A stretch of DNA of 63,646 nt, the filler included, from Reticulomyxa filosa (taxonomy: Eukaryota; Protista; Foraminifera): assembly GCA_000512085.1 (NCBI GenBank). It is 20 parts of 20 records of this genome, joined end to end, with 100 filler letters (N's around TTAATTAATTAA, not from the genome) between each part and the next. Parts side by side here need not be neighbours in the genome. Positions count along the whole stretch, not along the records: positions 7,097 to 14,102 come from ASPP01007350.1; positions 14,203 to 16,686 come from ASPP01018496.1; positions 16,787 to 23,134 come from ASPP01010669.1; positions 23,235 to 26,166 come from ASPP01009248.1; positions 26,267 to 30,125 come from ASPP01006553.1; 15 more parts are not named here. One strand, 5' to 3'. The notes below the pieces were generated by a model. It was not told the origin of the DNA. It did no database searches and saw only the letters and a program-made list of their open reading frames with translations. The translations under genes were made by a program, and so were the position numbers. Numbering within the stretch: the stretch's first letter is position 1; every line of letters begins with the position of its first letter. Shown piece after piece: positions 13,697-26,339 of this stretch.

Positions 13697-14003
13697 AATG
13701 TACGTAACAAAGGGTAACTTTACTGTGCAACTAAGTCCTCGAAGAAAACATGCATACAACTTCAATGTGGACAACGTAACGAAAAACGAGGATGTGAGAG
13801 ACAACAAGATTGCGCCAATGTTGCAGAAGCACCACCGACAAAAGTCCAAGTCGTTGAACAATGCACTGTTTGCTGAGGAAGCAAATACCATACGCAGAGG
13901 GGAAGGACAGCAGAAGAAAATCAAAATCACCCCACACCATGGCGAGGTCCAAGACCATTTAAAAAGCCAAAGTATTTTACAGACATATATACAGATAAAT
14001 TAA
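12654..14003 (+). CDS. Low-complexity Q/N/E-rich protein, unknown function (partial)
   Basis: Long ORF 13215-14003 with poly-N and acidic tracts, plus upstream exon-like segments. Confidence 0.5.
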
Positions 14004-14224
14004 TAAAAATATCCTGTATATACATATATATATATATATGTATATATACAACTAGATTTAAGTGATTACGTATACTACAAATTTTTTTTTTAAAAAAAAA
14101 AANNNNNNNNNNNNNNNNNNNNNNNNNNNNNNNNNNNNNNNNNNNNTTAATTAATTAANNNNNNNNNNNNNNNNNNNNNNNNNNNNNNNNNNNNNNNNNN
14201 NNAAAAAAAAAAATGAATACGTAT

Positions 14225-14965
14225 ACCAATATGATATCGTCTTGAGAAGTGGTAACATTTTCAATCTTTGGCAAAGTTCCAAAGCCAAAAGAGACCCGTT
14301 TTGCAAAAGACGCAGCACCTGCAGATGGACTGGACAGGTTGTTGCCACTAGCATTGGGAGTACTGGGTGCAGACTGGGCAGCAAGTGGTAATGGTGTTAT
14401 TATTTGAGATGGCTTTGGTGTTGCGGAAGTAATGTCCGGAGGCTCCGGCGACAGCCCTCGATCGGAAAACATGGTCGTTTTAGGAAGCCTTTTCTAACTT
14501 GTGATTCAATCTCCCTACGTAAAACTCGACTAGTGCAATCATTTCATTCATCACAATGCCGCACATATTCCTTGTCAAGTCGTGGTAATACTTCCCTGCG
14601 TGCAGCATCTCCGCTACATTGGCGACGATGCTTTGCACCATGTTATAAAAGTATGTTCCGGACTTGGTTAATTTCACCACACTTTTTTGTGACGACAATG
14701 ACGATGACGACGATCCAACATTTTTATTGTTTTCGTTGCCACTACTTGGTTCGCAGTATTGGCATTGGATTTGTTGTCATGGTCCATTGACGAAATGCGC
14801 GCATACGACGCACGTCTCGAAATGGCCAGCGTTCTGCGCGTTGTCGGGAGCATCGCCTTTCGGACTTTTGCCACCAGTTTGCTGGAGGATATCATATCGT
14901 CATTTTCGATTTGGTCTCGAATCATTCGCGTTTTATCTTTGAATAGCTTTTGGATTTGCTTTCTC

Positions 14966-15012
<47 letters not shown>

Positions 15013-16650
15013 AGGGATAGCGAATGAACACAAATGAAAATTTAAATTATAAACACCATGCAGCATACACACATACATAATAATAAAAAAAAAAAAAAAA
15101 AAACAATCCAAACCATTGGCAATTCAAATTTGCTCGAGAGCAAAAAGGAAGCATGAATTCCATAGTGATCCAAGCGATGGGATTGTTGGAAGACGATTTT
15201 TAAGCAGTCGCCAATGGCGGCGTATTTTTGTCTAGGAACACAAACACTTGCCTTTCGAACAAGTCGATGAAGCGATTTAGCTCCTGGCACATCCACACCA
15301 CGAGCGCACTCATATGTGCATTGGTGTAGTCATTTTCGTGTGCGTCACCATCTCTATTTCCATCGTCGTCATCGCTATCTTCGTCGCCAAGGTTGCCACC
15401 ACCGCTATTGTTTTTTTTCTCTTGCACACTATTGATCCAATCCAAATAGATCCACTTTTCCAAGGCGCTTTCACCGGCATTGTTGGCATCATTGTTCTGT
15501 GCTTTCTGAGCCTCCACATTTTTGGTGGACAGCATGTCAGCAGCAGTTGTGGAAGGGATAGTATATTGGGACCAATGCCAATGCCAACATTGACACCAAC
15601 ACCTGTAGCAATATTTGGATGCGGACCACTAGCAGCAGTGCTGGTGGGTACTCCTGGGAGCTTTTGTTTGGAGCGCTCGTCATAGAACCAGTCAAACTTG
15701 GTGAAGTTGCGTTGATGGGTGTGCTGCAGCTGTTCATCGTGTGCGAAGCGTGCCATGGAGTGGAACTCTTGGATCATGTTGGCGTACTCATCGGCGGTGC
15801 GAATGACATGCATGAAGAAGATATCGCACAAATTTTTGATATACTTTTCAATGTCCCCAGACATGACAATTTCCCGAATGGCCTGCTTTAGCTGTTTGGA
15901 TTTGAACAGCAGCAGTAGTTTCATGGCCTTATCCACATAGCCAAGTTTCATCAAATGCAACGTCAGCTCTTTCCTTCGAATTTCGACACCACCCGCCCCA
16001 ATGCCACCCATACCAAAGCCAGTGGTGGCAATACTTACATCTCCTCCTCTGTTTCCTCCTCCTCCTCCTCCTCCTCCTCCTCCTCCTCTTCCAGATTCGT
16101 CATTGTTCGCAGAACGACTATTAGGATTACGACCCCACGCGTGGTTGTTAGCACGCGTGCTAATGGAGGTGAAGGCTTGCAACTGCTGTTCCAACAGTGT
16201 GCGCAGCGTGTTACGATGGAAGTTAAAGAGCGATGCGTAGACCTGCTGTTGCGACTTGTGATCGTTCTCTTGCTGATGTTCGAAGAGACGATCACCACGA
16301 CCATTGCCGCTGTAGGCGTAGTGCTTCTTCATTAGCGGCGCGTTGATCATTAGATCCACTGCTTCATTGAACTGCCGATTACAAATGTATTGCGATATCT
16401 GCTCGTGCCATGTTTGGATCAGTTGCCAATTGCGCTCCATCTTCTCCTTGTGCTCGCGCAGTGATTGCATCACGTCTTCGTCGTACAACAACATCTCTGC
16501 TGCTGCTGCTGTTGCTGCTGCTGCCGCTGCTGCTGCCGCTACTGCTGTCGTTGTTGTCGTTGTCGTCGTCGTCATCGTCGTCATCGTCGTCGTCGTCGTC
16601 GTTGTCGCTGGGTCGTTCTTGCCATGTGCCAAAAGCAGTCTCTTTGATTT
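14225..16650 (-). CDS. EXO84: Exocyst subunit Exo84 (EXOC8)-like, C-terminal helical domain, with frameshifts
   Basis: QYICNRQFNEAVDL; LMKLGYVDKA...SKQLKQAIREIVMSGDIEKYIKNLCDIFF; MSALVVWMCQELNRFIDLFERQVF; IGDCLKIV...LDHYGI. These follow the Exo84_C pattern. Confidence 0.75.
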
Positions 16651-16947
16651 CTCATATTTTTCATTCGCTTCATTGTTATTGTTATTNNNNNNNNNNNNNN
16701 NNNNNNNNNNNNNNNNNNNNNNNNNNNNNNTTAATTAATTAANNNNNNNNNNNNNNNNNNNNNNNNNNNNNNNNNNNNNNNNNNNNCCCCCCCCTTTTCC
16801 CCTCCCCCTTTTTCTAAGTTTTACCCCTGACTGTTATTTGAGTCTTTTTTTTTTTTATTTTATTTGATTGGTTCGGGTTTATTTATTTATTATTTTCTCC
16901 TCTCCCATCCCCTTCTCTCCTTTTTCCATCTTTCACTGTTTTCAGGA

Positions 16948-17495
16948 TTGGATGGGTCTCACAGCTATGACAAACCCCAATGGAGTCGCGAAGAGCAAAT
17001 CGCTGCCAAAGACAATGAATACTCACGTCTTTTGGAAAAGAATGGACACGAGTGGGTTTATGTTGTTAGTCCGATGCTCATCCGAAAAGTTTAGCTTTTT
17101 CATTGATAAGTGATGCGTTTGAAAAATTTTAAACTTGCATCTTTTTGTATGGGGATGGAAACAAAAAGAGGGAACTGGTCCTTTTCGACATGTGGATGCT
17201 AATGTATGCCGATTTTTTTGTGGGCTCGTGGCATTCGACTCTCACTAGAACACTGTGCCATTGGCGTGGCTATGAACGCATTCTAAACGGGACACATTGT
17301 TGGCTGGTTTCAAAATGGAATAACAGTTTGCAAAAACATCAATCCAAAGCAAAAAACTTCCAAGACATAATCCAAGAGGATAGGCAGCTCTCTAGCCAAG
17401 CCAAATATGAAAAAACGCTCAATAATTTTGGACTGGAGTGGTTTGACTTGGACGCTGTTGACTTCCCTTTGCTCACGTGGTCAAAGAATGGTTGA
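16948..17495 (+). CDS. Fucosyltransferase-like glycosyltransferase, C-terminal part
   Basis: LFDMWMLMYADFFVGSWHSTLTR resembles the D..LL..AD.FVG...STFS motif of GDP-fucose transferases. Confidence 0.5.
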
Positions 17496-17781
17496 TTTTT
17501 GTGCATTTCATTTGCTCTGCTTTTTTTTTTTTTAAGCACAAAACCATTAAAATGTTGCAAGGTGTACGACACACATCATTTCTCTCAAGCATTGTAAGTT
17601 TCATTTGAGTTTTTGTCCTTTTTCTTTTAATTTTTTTGTATGTTCAATATTTTGATATTTCTGGATCTTTCTACAGCAAATACTTATCCTCTTAAAACAT
17701 TTTTTATAGGGACCAACAAAATATATGTATATATAAAATACAATTTATGAATATGATTATGAGAAAAACCCTGAACAAGAT

Positions 17782-20021
17782 TTGATGCATGCTTCAACAC
17801 TGTCAAAGAAAGAGCTCTTCAAAAGAGAGCGAAGAAAAATCTATTTGCTTGCACAATGCTTTTGGATTTGCATTGTGAATTTTGAAAAAGAGCTAGATTT
17901 TGCATGGATGAACAACAACAAGAGAATAAGAGCGACACGAATCATGAATTCGCATCAATCCTCACAAAAACGAAAAATTTTGAACTTGATGTGAACGAAT
18001 TGAAAGAATCTGTCCAGAAACTATCGCTTGAGCTGGAAAAAAGTCAATCGCAATGCAAAATGCAGCAATCTGAGCTCTCCAGCAAAACCGAAAGGATTGC
18101 TGCAATCGAAAAGCTTTATGAACAATGTGCCAATGATTTAAATGAATCTCGGCATGCAAACGATCTCAAAAACGAACAAATATCTACTTTGAAAAATACT
18201 ATTAAAAATTTCGAGCAAATATTGGATAAGATGAACAAAGAAAAATCAGATTTAGTGACATTAACAGCTGCAAATAGTGAAACAATAAGTGCAATAGAAA
18301 AAGAGAAAGACCGATTGAAAGAGCAGTTGAATGACGCATTTAGCAAAAATATATTAGAGCACCCAGAGTATAAAACTTTGCTTTCAAAGTACGAAGAACT
18401 AACCACTAACTATAATGAAGAGAACAAAGGAAGGCTCGCGGCTTTGTCTGCCTGGCAAAAATCTGAACAATCATTTCAGACGTTAGAAAAAGAGTTTCAA
18501 GAGCAAATCCATGTTCACAGCAAAATACACAAAAAAATGGGGGCATTTACTTGTTGTCTGTCTTTTTTTTATCGCTGTTTTATGAAGGTAAATTTGAAAA
18601 CCATAATCCATTATAGACAATAAATCAACAAAACACTCAAAATTTAAAAGAACTTGAATGGGAAAGGCTTCGAAATAAAAATATTACTGAAACAAATGAA
18701 GTTAACGTTTGCAAGACTTTAAACAAGGATAGACAACCAAAATAATACTGACAAAAAAAAAAAATAAACTAAGAGTGGTTAATGTACAAGTAAACCTAAA
18801 AAAAACAGAAAATTCAACAAGAATTGGCGACGTTGCAACAAGAAAGTTTGCAATTGAAAATCAGACTCGGAACGGTTGAATCTCAGTTGGTATCGAACAA
18901 TGAGATGGAAAAAGTTCGAATGCAAACAGTTGCGGAGAATATCAACACCGAAATGAAGTGGAGACAGCATGTGTTGGTACAGCAAATAAAGCAGCTACAA
19001 ATTGAAGTGCAAGATGCGAATTTTCAAAAGCTGAAATTGCAAAAAACATTGAAGCAATTAGAAATTGAATATGTTAATGAAAAATTGCAAAAAAATAGTA
19101 ATAATTCAGAAAACAACTTTGTATCATCACCCTCTAACCAAGATAAAAAAGCAATTACTCATAACAACAAGACTTCCAATCAACCAAAAAGTCTTGTCGT
19201 ATTCAATAACAATAACAGTGGACACACTAATAATCGTAATAATCAATTCAATCAAAGTCACCCTTCTCTCTTTCCTTCTGATGCAATGGCTACAAAGTTA
19301 GGTTTATGTGTGTCTTTTTTAAGTTCACAAGAGCTTCTTAAGTATCACTCTGAACAAAAAATAGAGTGTTCAATGATTTAGACGATCTTGACGAACAAAT
19401 TATGCGACTAAAAAGAGAGATCCAAGAAAAAACAACTGCGTTAATCACAATTTTTTCCCATCAAAATATTTATTTTTTTTTGCAACTAACACTTACAAAA
19501 AAACTTGATATTACCGACAACAAAAGTACAGTGGTCCTGAACCAAATCCATGGTTTGGTAACATAGTATTGCATTCTCCAATGCGCTCTAACTATCTTTC
19601 ACATGGAACAAACACTTTTTATGCTAAGGCGCAAAGCACAAGTGCTGGCAACAATTCCATTATGTCAAATTCAAACAAGATCCAACAAGTTCCACAAACA
19701 GTCTCTAATAGTCGTTATCCTGAACACTTAGAGCGTGAACAAAGTGTTGCGGACAATCAATGCACCGCAAATGGAGACGATTTTTGGAAAAGCGACGAGA
19801 CGTCAATGCCTGCGAAGAATGAAAACAAGGACGTTCCAAGAACTTTGCCGGGCGTAAATGAAAAAAAACAAAACAACACTACTAGTAACAAAAGTAACGT
19901 CTCTGTACCTCCAGCAAAATACAAGCCATTAATCAATTCTAACAATATTAATCAGGATAATGCACGAAGAGGTCAAAAAATATATGACGACGACGCAAGC
20001 AAACCTCGTTGGCGCTTTTGA
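17782..20021 (+). CDS. Long coiled-coil protein (multi-exon)
   Basis: Heptad-rich E/K/Q/L ORFs 17904-18623 and 18824-19381, and a disordered tail 19569-20021. Confidence 0.65.
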
Positions 20022-20356
20022 AAATTGATTTTTGTTGTTGTCGGTCTTCCCCTTAGAATGTTTTGTTGGTTCAAGAAAGATTTAATTTTGATTATTTTCA
20101 TTTTAGAACGTAAAAACAGAACACATTTCCAAAATCACAAAACAAAACAGAAAAATAAAAAAAAACTAAAACAATGAACACTTTCAACGAGCTAAAGTTA
20201 CAGAAATTCACGGGGTGATAAGTTAGAAAGGGATATAGAAAAAACAAAAACAAAAACAAAAATAGCAATAACAATAAAAACAAAAACGAAGAAAAAACAA
20301 AAGCAGATAATAATGAATAAATTAAAGATTTTTTTTTTTGCGTGAGGGTTGCGACA

Positions 20357-21199
20357 TCAAGCAGCTGGCTTGAAAATGCTAGAGTCACAAAACCTGATTC
20401 TGAAAGTGACTCGGGACGCACATTCTACAGCGGGCATCAAAAGCGCTTTCTGTGGCAAATCTAAGAAAACAGGACCGCAATAACGGTTATTGAACGCAAA
20501 CAGACACGTCCTTTTTTCCAGGCCAATCATAAACTGAACGCGGTCCCCTTTCTTCAACTTCTTTCCTAACGAGCCATGGGACGGCACAAAATAGTGAACA
20601 TCTTTAATGTTTATTCTAGGGCAACCACTGTTCGAAAACTCATTGAAATATACTGCACATCTTATTTTTTTTTTTTTAAGTCAATTTTTTAATTTTGTTT
20701 TTATTTTTTATTTTTATTTTTTTGAAATAAATAAATGAATAAAAATAAAAAAAACAAACCCAGCATTTTGATTGATGAACCAATTCCAGTTGCGTATTTG
20801 TGGCTTGTTTGTGTTTGGGTCGACCAACACAAATCCAAAGTTGGAATAAAAATTGTCATATTCGTGGTCGACTATTTCAATCTCCCACGCAATGTTGTCT
20901 ACGTATTTGGCATTCAAATCTATTATGTAATCCGCACATAGTATTGCAAATCGGCCATGAAGAGATTTTAGGGACGCTGTCGCTTTGTCGAGGAATGTTG
21001 CCGTTCCTCCATGCTCGTCTTGTTTCCATTCCACAGGCAAGAACAGGTATTCCGTTACTATATTTGTTAATCCACTAAACCATCTGTTTGCTGTCAACTT
21101 TCTTCCTACTTTTATTATTCTTGTTCTCTCTACTTCATAGGCCAACCATTCGACCACAGTTTTCAAATGTGTCTTGTTATGCCAAATAGATGTATTCAT
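20357..21199 (-). CDS. SPRY/B30.2 domain protein
   Basis: IAWEIEIV...NFGFV and LKKGDRVQFMIGLEKRTCLFAFNNRYCGPVFLDLP...LMPAV. Confidence 0.75.
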
Positions 21200-21737
21200 T
21201 TGATATTCCTAATCGATCTAGTAATGCTCCCTTTTGTTTTCAACAAAAAATTCTTGTGTTTAGTTTTGAGACTTTTGTGCTGTTTTCGTGTACATAATAC
21301 TTCGCAGTCTTTCCAGTAAAAGCAAAAATTGAGGAAAAAAACAAGTGTACTTGGCCAAAAATGACAATATAAAAACCAAAAAAGAGAGTAATAAGTTGAA
21401 CGTCGATCTTATCAAAAGTCCGTTTGTGATACAGTCATGTTGACAATGCAAAAAAATTGGTGACAAAAGTGTACGACAATAAAAAAAAAGATATGGTCAA
21501 ACACTGGAAACGCATTTGCTGAAGAGAGACAAAGTTTGAATGCAACAACAAAAAAAAAGAGTTGGCACAATTGATAACACCATATTTTATTTCACACAGC
21601 AAAGCCATATTACGTGTCCAGATTTCAGTGTGAACCAGCATAGGGGGTGTGAGTGGGACAAATGAAACAAATAGACAAAAGCAAATAAACAAACAAATAA
21701 CAAAAAGAAATCCAAGGGAATAGCACAAGTTTTTATT

Positions 21738-22950
21738 TTATCTCAGAATGACCTTTGGTGGGATTTTTACTTTAGGAGGGGGCGGTGGTGCTGCTGTTGC
21801 TGTTGTTGTTACAACAGTGGTCGTGGTCGCCGAAGCAGGTTTCGGTGGGGGTGTTTTTGCGGATGCTGCGGTTTGAGGTGTGTTTCGAGGGTTCACGGCA
21901 AGTCTCTTTGGGATTTCACGACAGTTGCAGCACTTTTGGCATGGGTTTTTACACGAGACTTTGCATGGACTTTTGCATGGAGTTTTGCATGGAGTTTTGC
22001 ATGGACTTTTGCATTGATTCTTGCAGCATTGGCACTTGCATTCCAACCATCGGGAACAGCAAAATGGAGTCAAGCCCAAAGGCAGACAATAGCGACAGCG
22101 ATGACAGCGCGCACATGCGGTGCGACTCAACCAGTCTTGTTGCCATTTCGTCCAAGGCGACTTTTCGCCTTTGTACTTTCGCACGCAAAGGACAGAGAAA
22201 AAGGTTACGACGGCACCGAAAAGAGAGGCAAAGGTGGCAATGGCGATAATTTCCGCATTGGTCAATCCTTGTTGCTTGCTATGCTTGGTGAGATAAGGGA
22301 ACTGATACACCGAATACGATTTATCCGTGCCTTGGCCATTACTGCAAAAGCTTTGGTTTTGTATTGTCAATCCCGATTTCATCAGCGTCACATTTTTGAA
22401 TGCCTTGCTTAAGATACAAGCGCCATTATTAATTAGTGCAAATCCTTTTCAAGTGTATTTTTTATTTATTTATTAACATATTATATACATACATATATAT
22501 ATATATATATGTACATATACATATGTATATACATACATATACATAATATGTTAATAAATAATAAATATAGCATTAAAGTTTATTTTAAAAAAAAAAAATT
22601 CATGAAACGATAACTAACCTGGATAGTCGTTTTCGTAAGCAACTTGCGCACATTTGGACACTGCAGAAGCTCTAGTCGTGTAATTATCTTGCAACAAATA
22701 GTGCAGACCTTCAAAGTTTTTAAAGTCGTATCCGGTCAATGACGAAGTCAACGTAGACATGTCATAGCAGCCCAAGTCTTGCAGGGCAATTTCCGCTGTT
22801 TGGAATGCGTACAAGTTCCATTGCGCCGCCGAACCGCGTCCTTTTGAGTCGCACTTGCTGTTGGCCGTGGCATTGTATTTGTTGTATTCACCGCTGTTGA
22901 ACAAATCCTTGAAGCTTATGCATATGCCTCCGTCATACATGGCAAATCCT
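21738..22950 (-). CDS. Single-pass membrane protein with WSC-like ectodomains and Cys/Pro-rich tail (partial)
   Basis: DLGCYD...KCAQVAYENDYPG, C.SKGRG..QWNLY, TM helix IIAIATFASLFGAVVTFFSVLCV, then CKSP/CKTP repeats. Confidence 0.6.
21948..22015 (-). repeat. 12-nt coding tandem repeat (CKSP/CKTP)
   Basis: Repeated ttttgcatgga[c/g] units on the + strand. Confidence 0.85.
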
Positions 22951-24177
22951 TAACGTTGACATCATATATGTATATATATATATATTTATATGCGTGTATG
23001 TATGTATATTATTTGTTTTTTTTTTTCTTTTTCAAAAAAATACACAAATAAAGTAATTCTATGGTTTATAGTTGAACAAATATTGAATTGCAAAAAAAAA
23101 AAAAAAAAAAAAAAAACTTTTTTTTTTTTTTTTTNNNNNNNNNNNNNNNNNNNNNNNNNNNNNNNNNNNNNNNNNNNNTTAATTAATTAANNNNNNNNNN
23201 NNNNNNNNNNNNNNNNNNNNNNNNNNNNNNNNNNTTTTTTTTTTTTTTTTTATAGTGTGATTTTTTTTTATAAAAACAATAAATGATATTATTTGAAGTT
23301 TCGATTTTGCGAGTGTTTTTTTTTTTTTTGAACAATTGGAAAAAAAAAAGGGAGAAAAAAAAAAAAACACCTGAATTTTTCCGCGTAGCCAGGTCCAGCA
23401 TGGCAGTGAGACCCCTTGCTGTTGAGTAGATGTCCAAGCTTTCTTGCCACGTGCGTACATCCATTGGTGGAATAAACCGTTGTTCGGTTTCTTGAACTAT
23501 CGTTACTCCAATTATACATCGCGGGGTAAAAACGTCCACCATATGGCACCACGTGGCCTCCTATCCATCGATTTGCCGCCAGATGCACAGTGCTTACTAC
23601 ACCGCCACATGGCTGCAGACGATGTAGTGCTTTGTTTTTTTGTTTATTTGTTGGGCATATTGCTTTCTTTTTTTTTTTGAATACGTTTAAAAAAAAAAAC
23701 GAGGCAGGGCAAAAATTTCAAGAAATTTTACATCTAGGCCAGAAAAACAACAGAAATTAACTGTTCAAGGAATTATACCTTTGAAATAATGACCCCACGT
23801 GACAACTACTTGACCAGTATTTCCCTGTGTTCATGTACCTGCTCAAGTTTTTTTCTGCATTTGCTATGTTTCTCCTACGTCAAAATTTAAAACATTCACT
23901 ATTTCTACAAAATATTGTCCATAACCGTCACAGCAGTGATGTAATTGTGCTTATCGAAGAAAAGATAGTTTTAGCAATTTTTCTTTTGATTCTTTAAGTA
24001 TTACGTTGAGGTATATTTGTCTTTTGAAGAGTGGCATGTTTGCACGAAACAGCATCGAAAAATTGTACAATTTTGTAAAAGACGTTTTTATGTTGAGCCA
24101 AAGAAACAACCCTATCCCAACAAAGTCTTTTTTTTTCTGTGATAACTCCCGCATACTAAGCAAAAAAATCTCAAGAG

Positions 24178-26075
24178 ATGATAAATCTGCTTGACTTGCC
24201 TGATACTTGCCTGGATGTAATATTGACATTCTTGATATTATACGTGTCACCATTACCAGACGAGGCAACTCTAGTTTGTACTCGGCTTCGAAAAGTGACG
24301 TACGAAAACAGGTGGCTTTCGTTGATGTGGGTGGTGCAGGTCCGACCGACGTTTCAATTTAAGAACAAGAACCAACTTTTTCAAATCGGAACAAAAGAAT
24401 CACCAATAACAAATAGAGTTGTTATAATAAAGTGAGTTTTGCAAAAAGAGAGGAGGGGAGACTTTGCATACTTTTGATAAAATAAAATAAAATAAAACAA
24501 ACAAGGTCAATGGAAGCAATAAAATTTGGGAAATTTCCAATAAAAAATATGAACACATTTCAAATCGACAAAGCAACGACCAAGGCACTAGCATATGGAA
24601 TATTCAATGAGATCCGTTTGTCTGTGCGATATCTATCACTAATGAATTGTGCATTTTTCTATGAAAATTCAGATGGCTCACAAACCAAGAGTGGTAAGAA
24701 TAACAATAGTAATAGCAGTAGTAGTAGCAGTAGCAGTAGCAATAGTAATAGTAATAGTAATAGCAATAACAATAACAATAATAATAGCAATGGCAATAAT
24801 AATAGCAATAGCAATAACAATAATAATAGCAATAACAATTCTTCACGACCTTTTGGGAATGAACCTGTTTATTTTGCTCCATTAAACGAGCAAGATATGA
24901 ACCGATTAGACCTGACGCATACTTTGCCATTGAGACCTTCTCAGCACGCTCTTTATTGGCCACAGGAGTTACGTTTGTCTGTTGTACGTATACTTATTTC
25001 TTTCATTTTCATTTTATTTAATTTATTATTATTATTATTATTATTATTTGTTTTTCGCTTGCTTTTAAAGTATATATATATATATATATATATATATTGC
25101 ATATACATATATATATATATGTATATACAAATATATAAATCTGTACATGTGTGTTTGACGCAAAAGTGAGGTGTCATCAGAAAGTGCAGAAGAGAAGAAA
25201 AACCAATCAGATGAGATAGGATTGGAGTACGACGACACGGACACGGAGTATGACGATACGCAGTTGTACATCCCCAATGCGAATAGCCAAATCCCAGGTG
25301 GCACTGTCTTGTACTTCAAAAAAGTGACCAACGACGACATTGGTCAAAGCGCTCATGACGCCGACTTTAGTGCCAAGCATACCAGAGTTAGTATTCTCTC
25401 TTCCGATGGCTATCTTGGACCAGCCAAGCCGATCCCCCAGAGCTTTTCCGATGATTTCTTCTTTTCTTCTTGTTTTGTTTATGTATATGTATATGTATAT
25501 GTATATACATATATGTATACGTATACTACTTTCAATTCAATCAATATACAATGAACTATCAAACAAATAAACAAAAAAAAAGCTTCAGAAGAAGAAAATG
25601 ATCAAAAAAAGAGCAAGGAAAGCAAAGGCAAAAACAGCAGTGAGATAACAACAAAGAAAGAGGAACCAACGAAGATGATAAAGACATTGCAGCGTCCATT
25701 TGGTGAAGATATTCTTTATTACGCGCCGGTGACATCAGACGACATTGACATGCACGAAGATGAAACACCGAGACATCGTCTGCGACCTTCTACGTCGCAA
25801 GTCGGACTAATGGATGGCAACACTCCTTTTGGCTTTCAAGGCGCTTCGCAGTCCAAGAGCGACATCAACAATGCCGCCAATAGCAAGAATAGAAAAGAGA
25901 ACGAAGAGAAACACAACAACGACATGGATTTTGACAAAATAGAAGACGATGACGACGACGAGATGATGATGATGATGATGACAGTGTTGATATGGATTTG
26001 CAATTGCAAGATGAAATGTGGACTGCCCATGAACAATCCCTTCATTCACTTCCGGAACTGTTGCCGCAAGGGGGA
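24178..26075 (+). CDS. F-box-like N-terminus with low-complexity inserts (multi-exon, partial)
   Basis: MINLLDLPDTCLDVILTFL is an F-box-like start. Following exons are separated by (TA)n introns. Confidence 0.45.
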
Positions 26076-26266
26076 AGTTTTTGTTTTTTTTTTTTTTTTT
26101 TTTTTTTGGATGATCGTATACGTAGCATTTGTGCATAAGAGAAAAAGATATATATATATATATACANNNNNNNNNNNNNNNNNNNNNNNNNNNNNNNNNN
26201 NNNNNNNNNNTTAATTAATTAANNNNNNNNNNNNNNNNNNNNNNNNNNNNNNNNNNNNNNNNNNNN

Positions 26267-26301
<35 letters not shown>

Positions 26302-26339
26302 ATATTTATGTATTTATTTATTTGTTTGTTTGTTTGTTT

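Noticed and set aside
12788-13930. Antisense poly-Leu/Val/Cys/Ile ORFs (also around 16.4, 24.7, 35.1 and 37.2 kb)
   Set aside because: Shadow frames of trinucleotide repeats coding poly-N/Q/T on the other strand.
23380-23630. GC-rich exon-like segment
   Set aside because: Probably coding, but strand and frame could not be determined and no motif was recognised.
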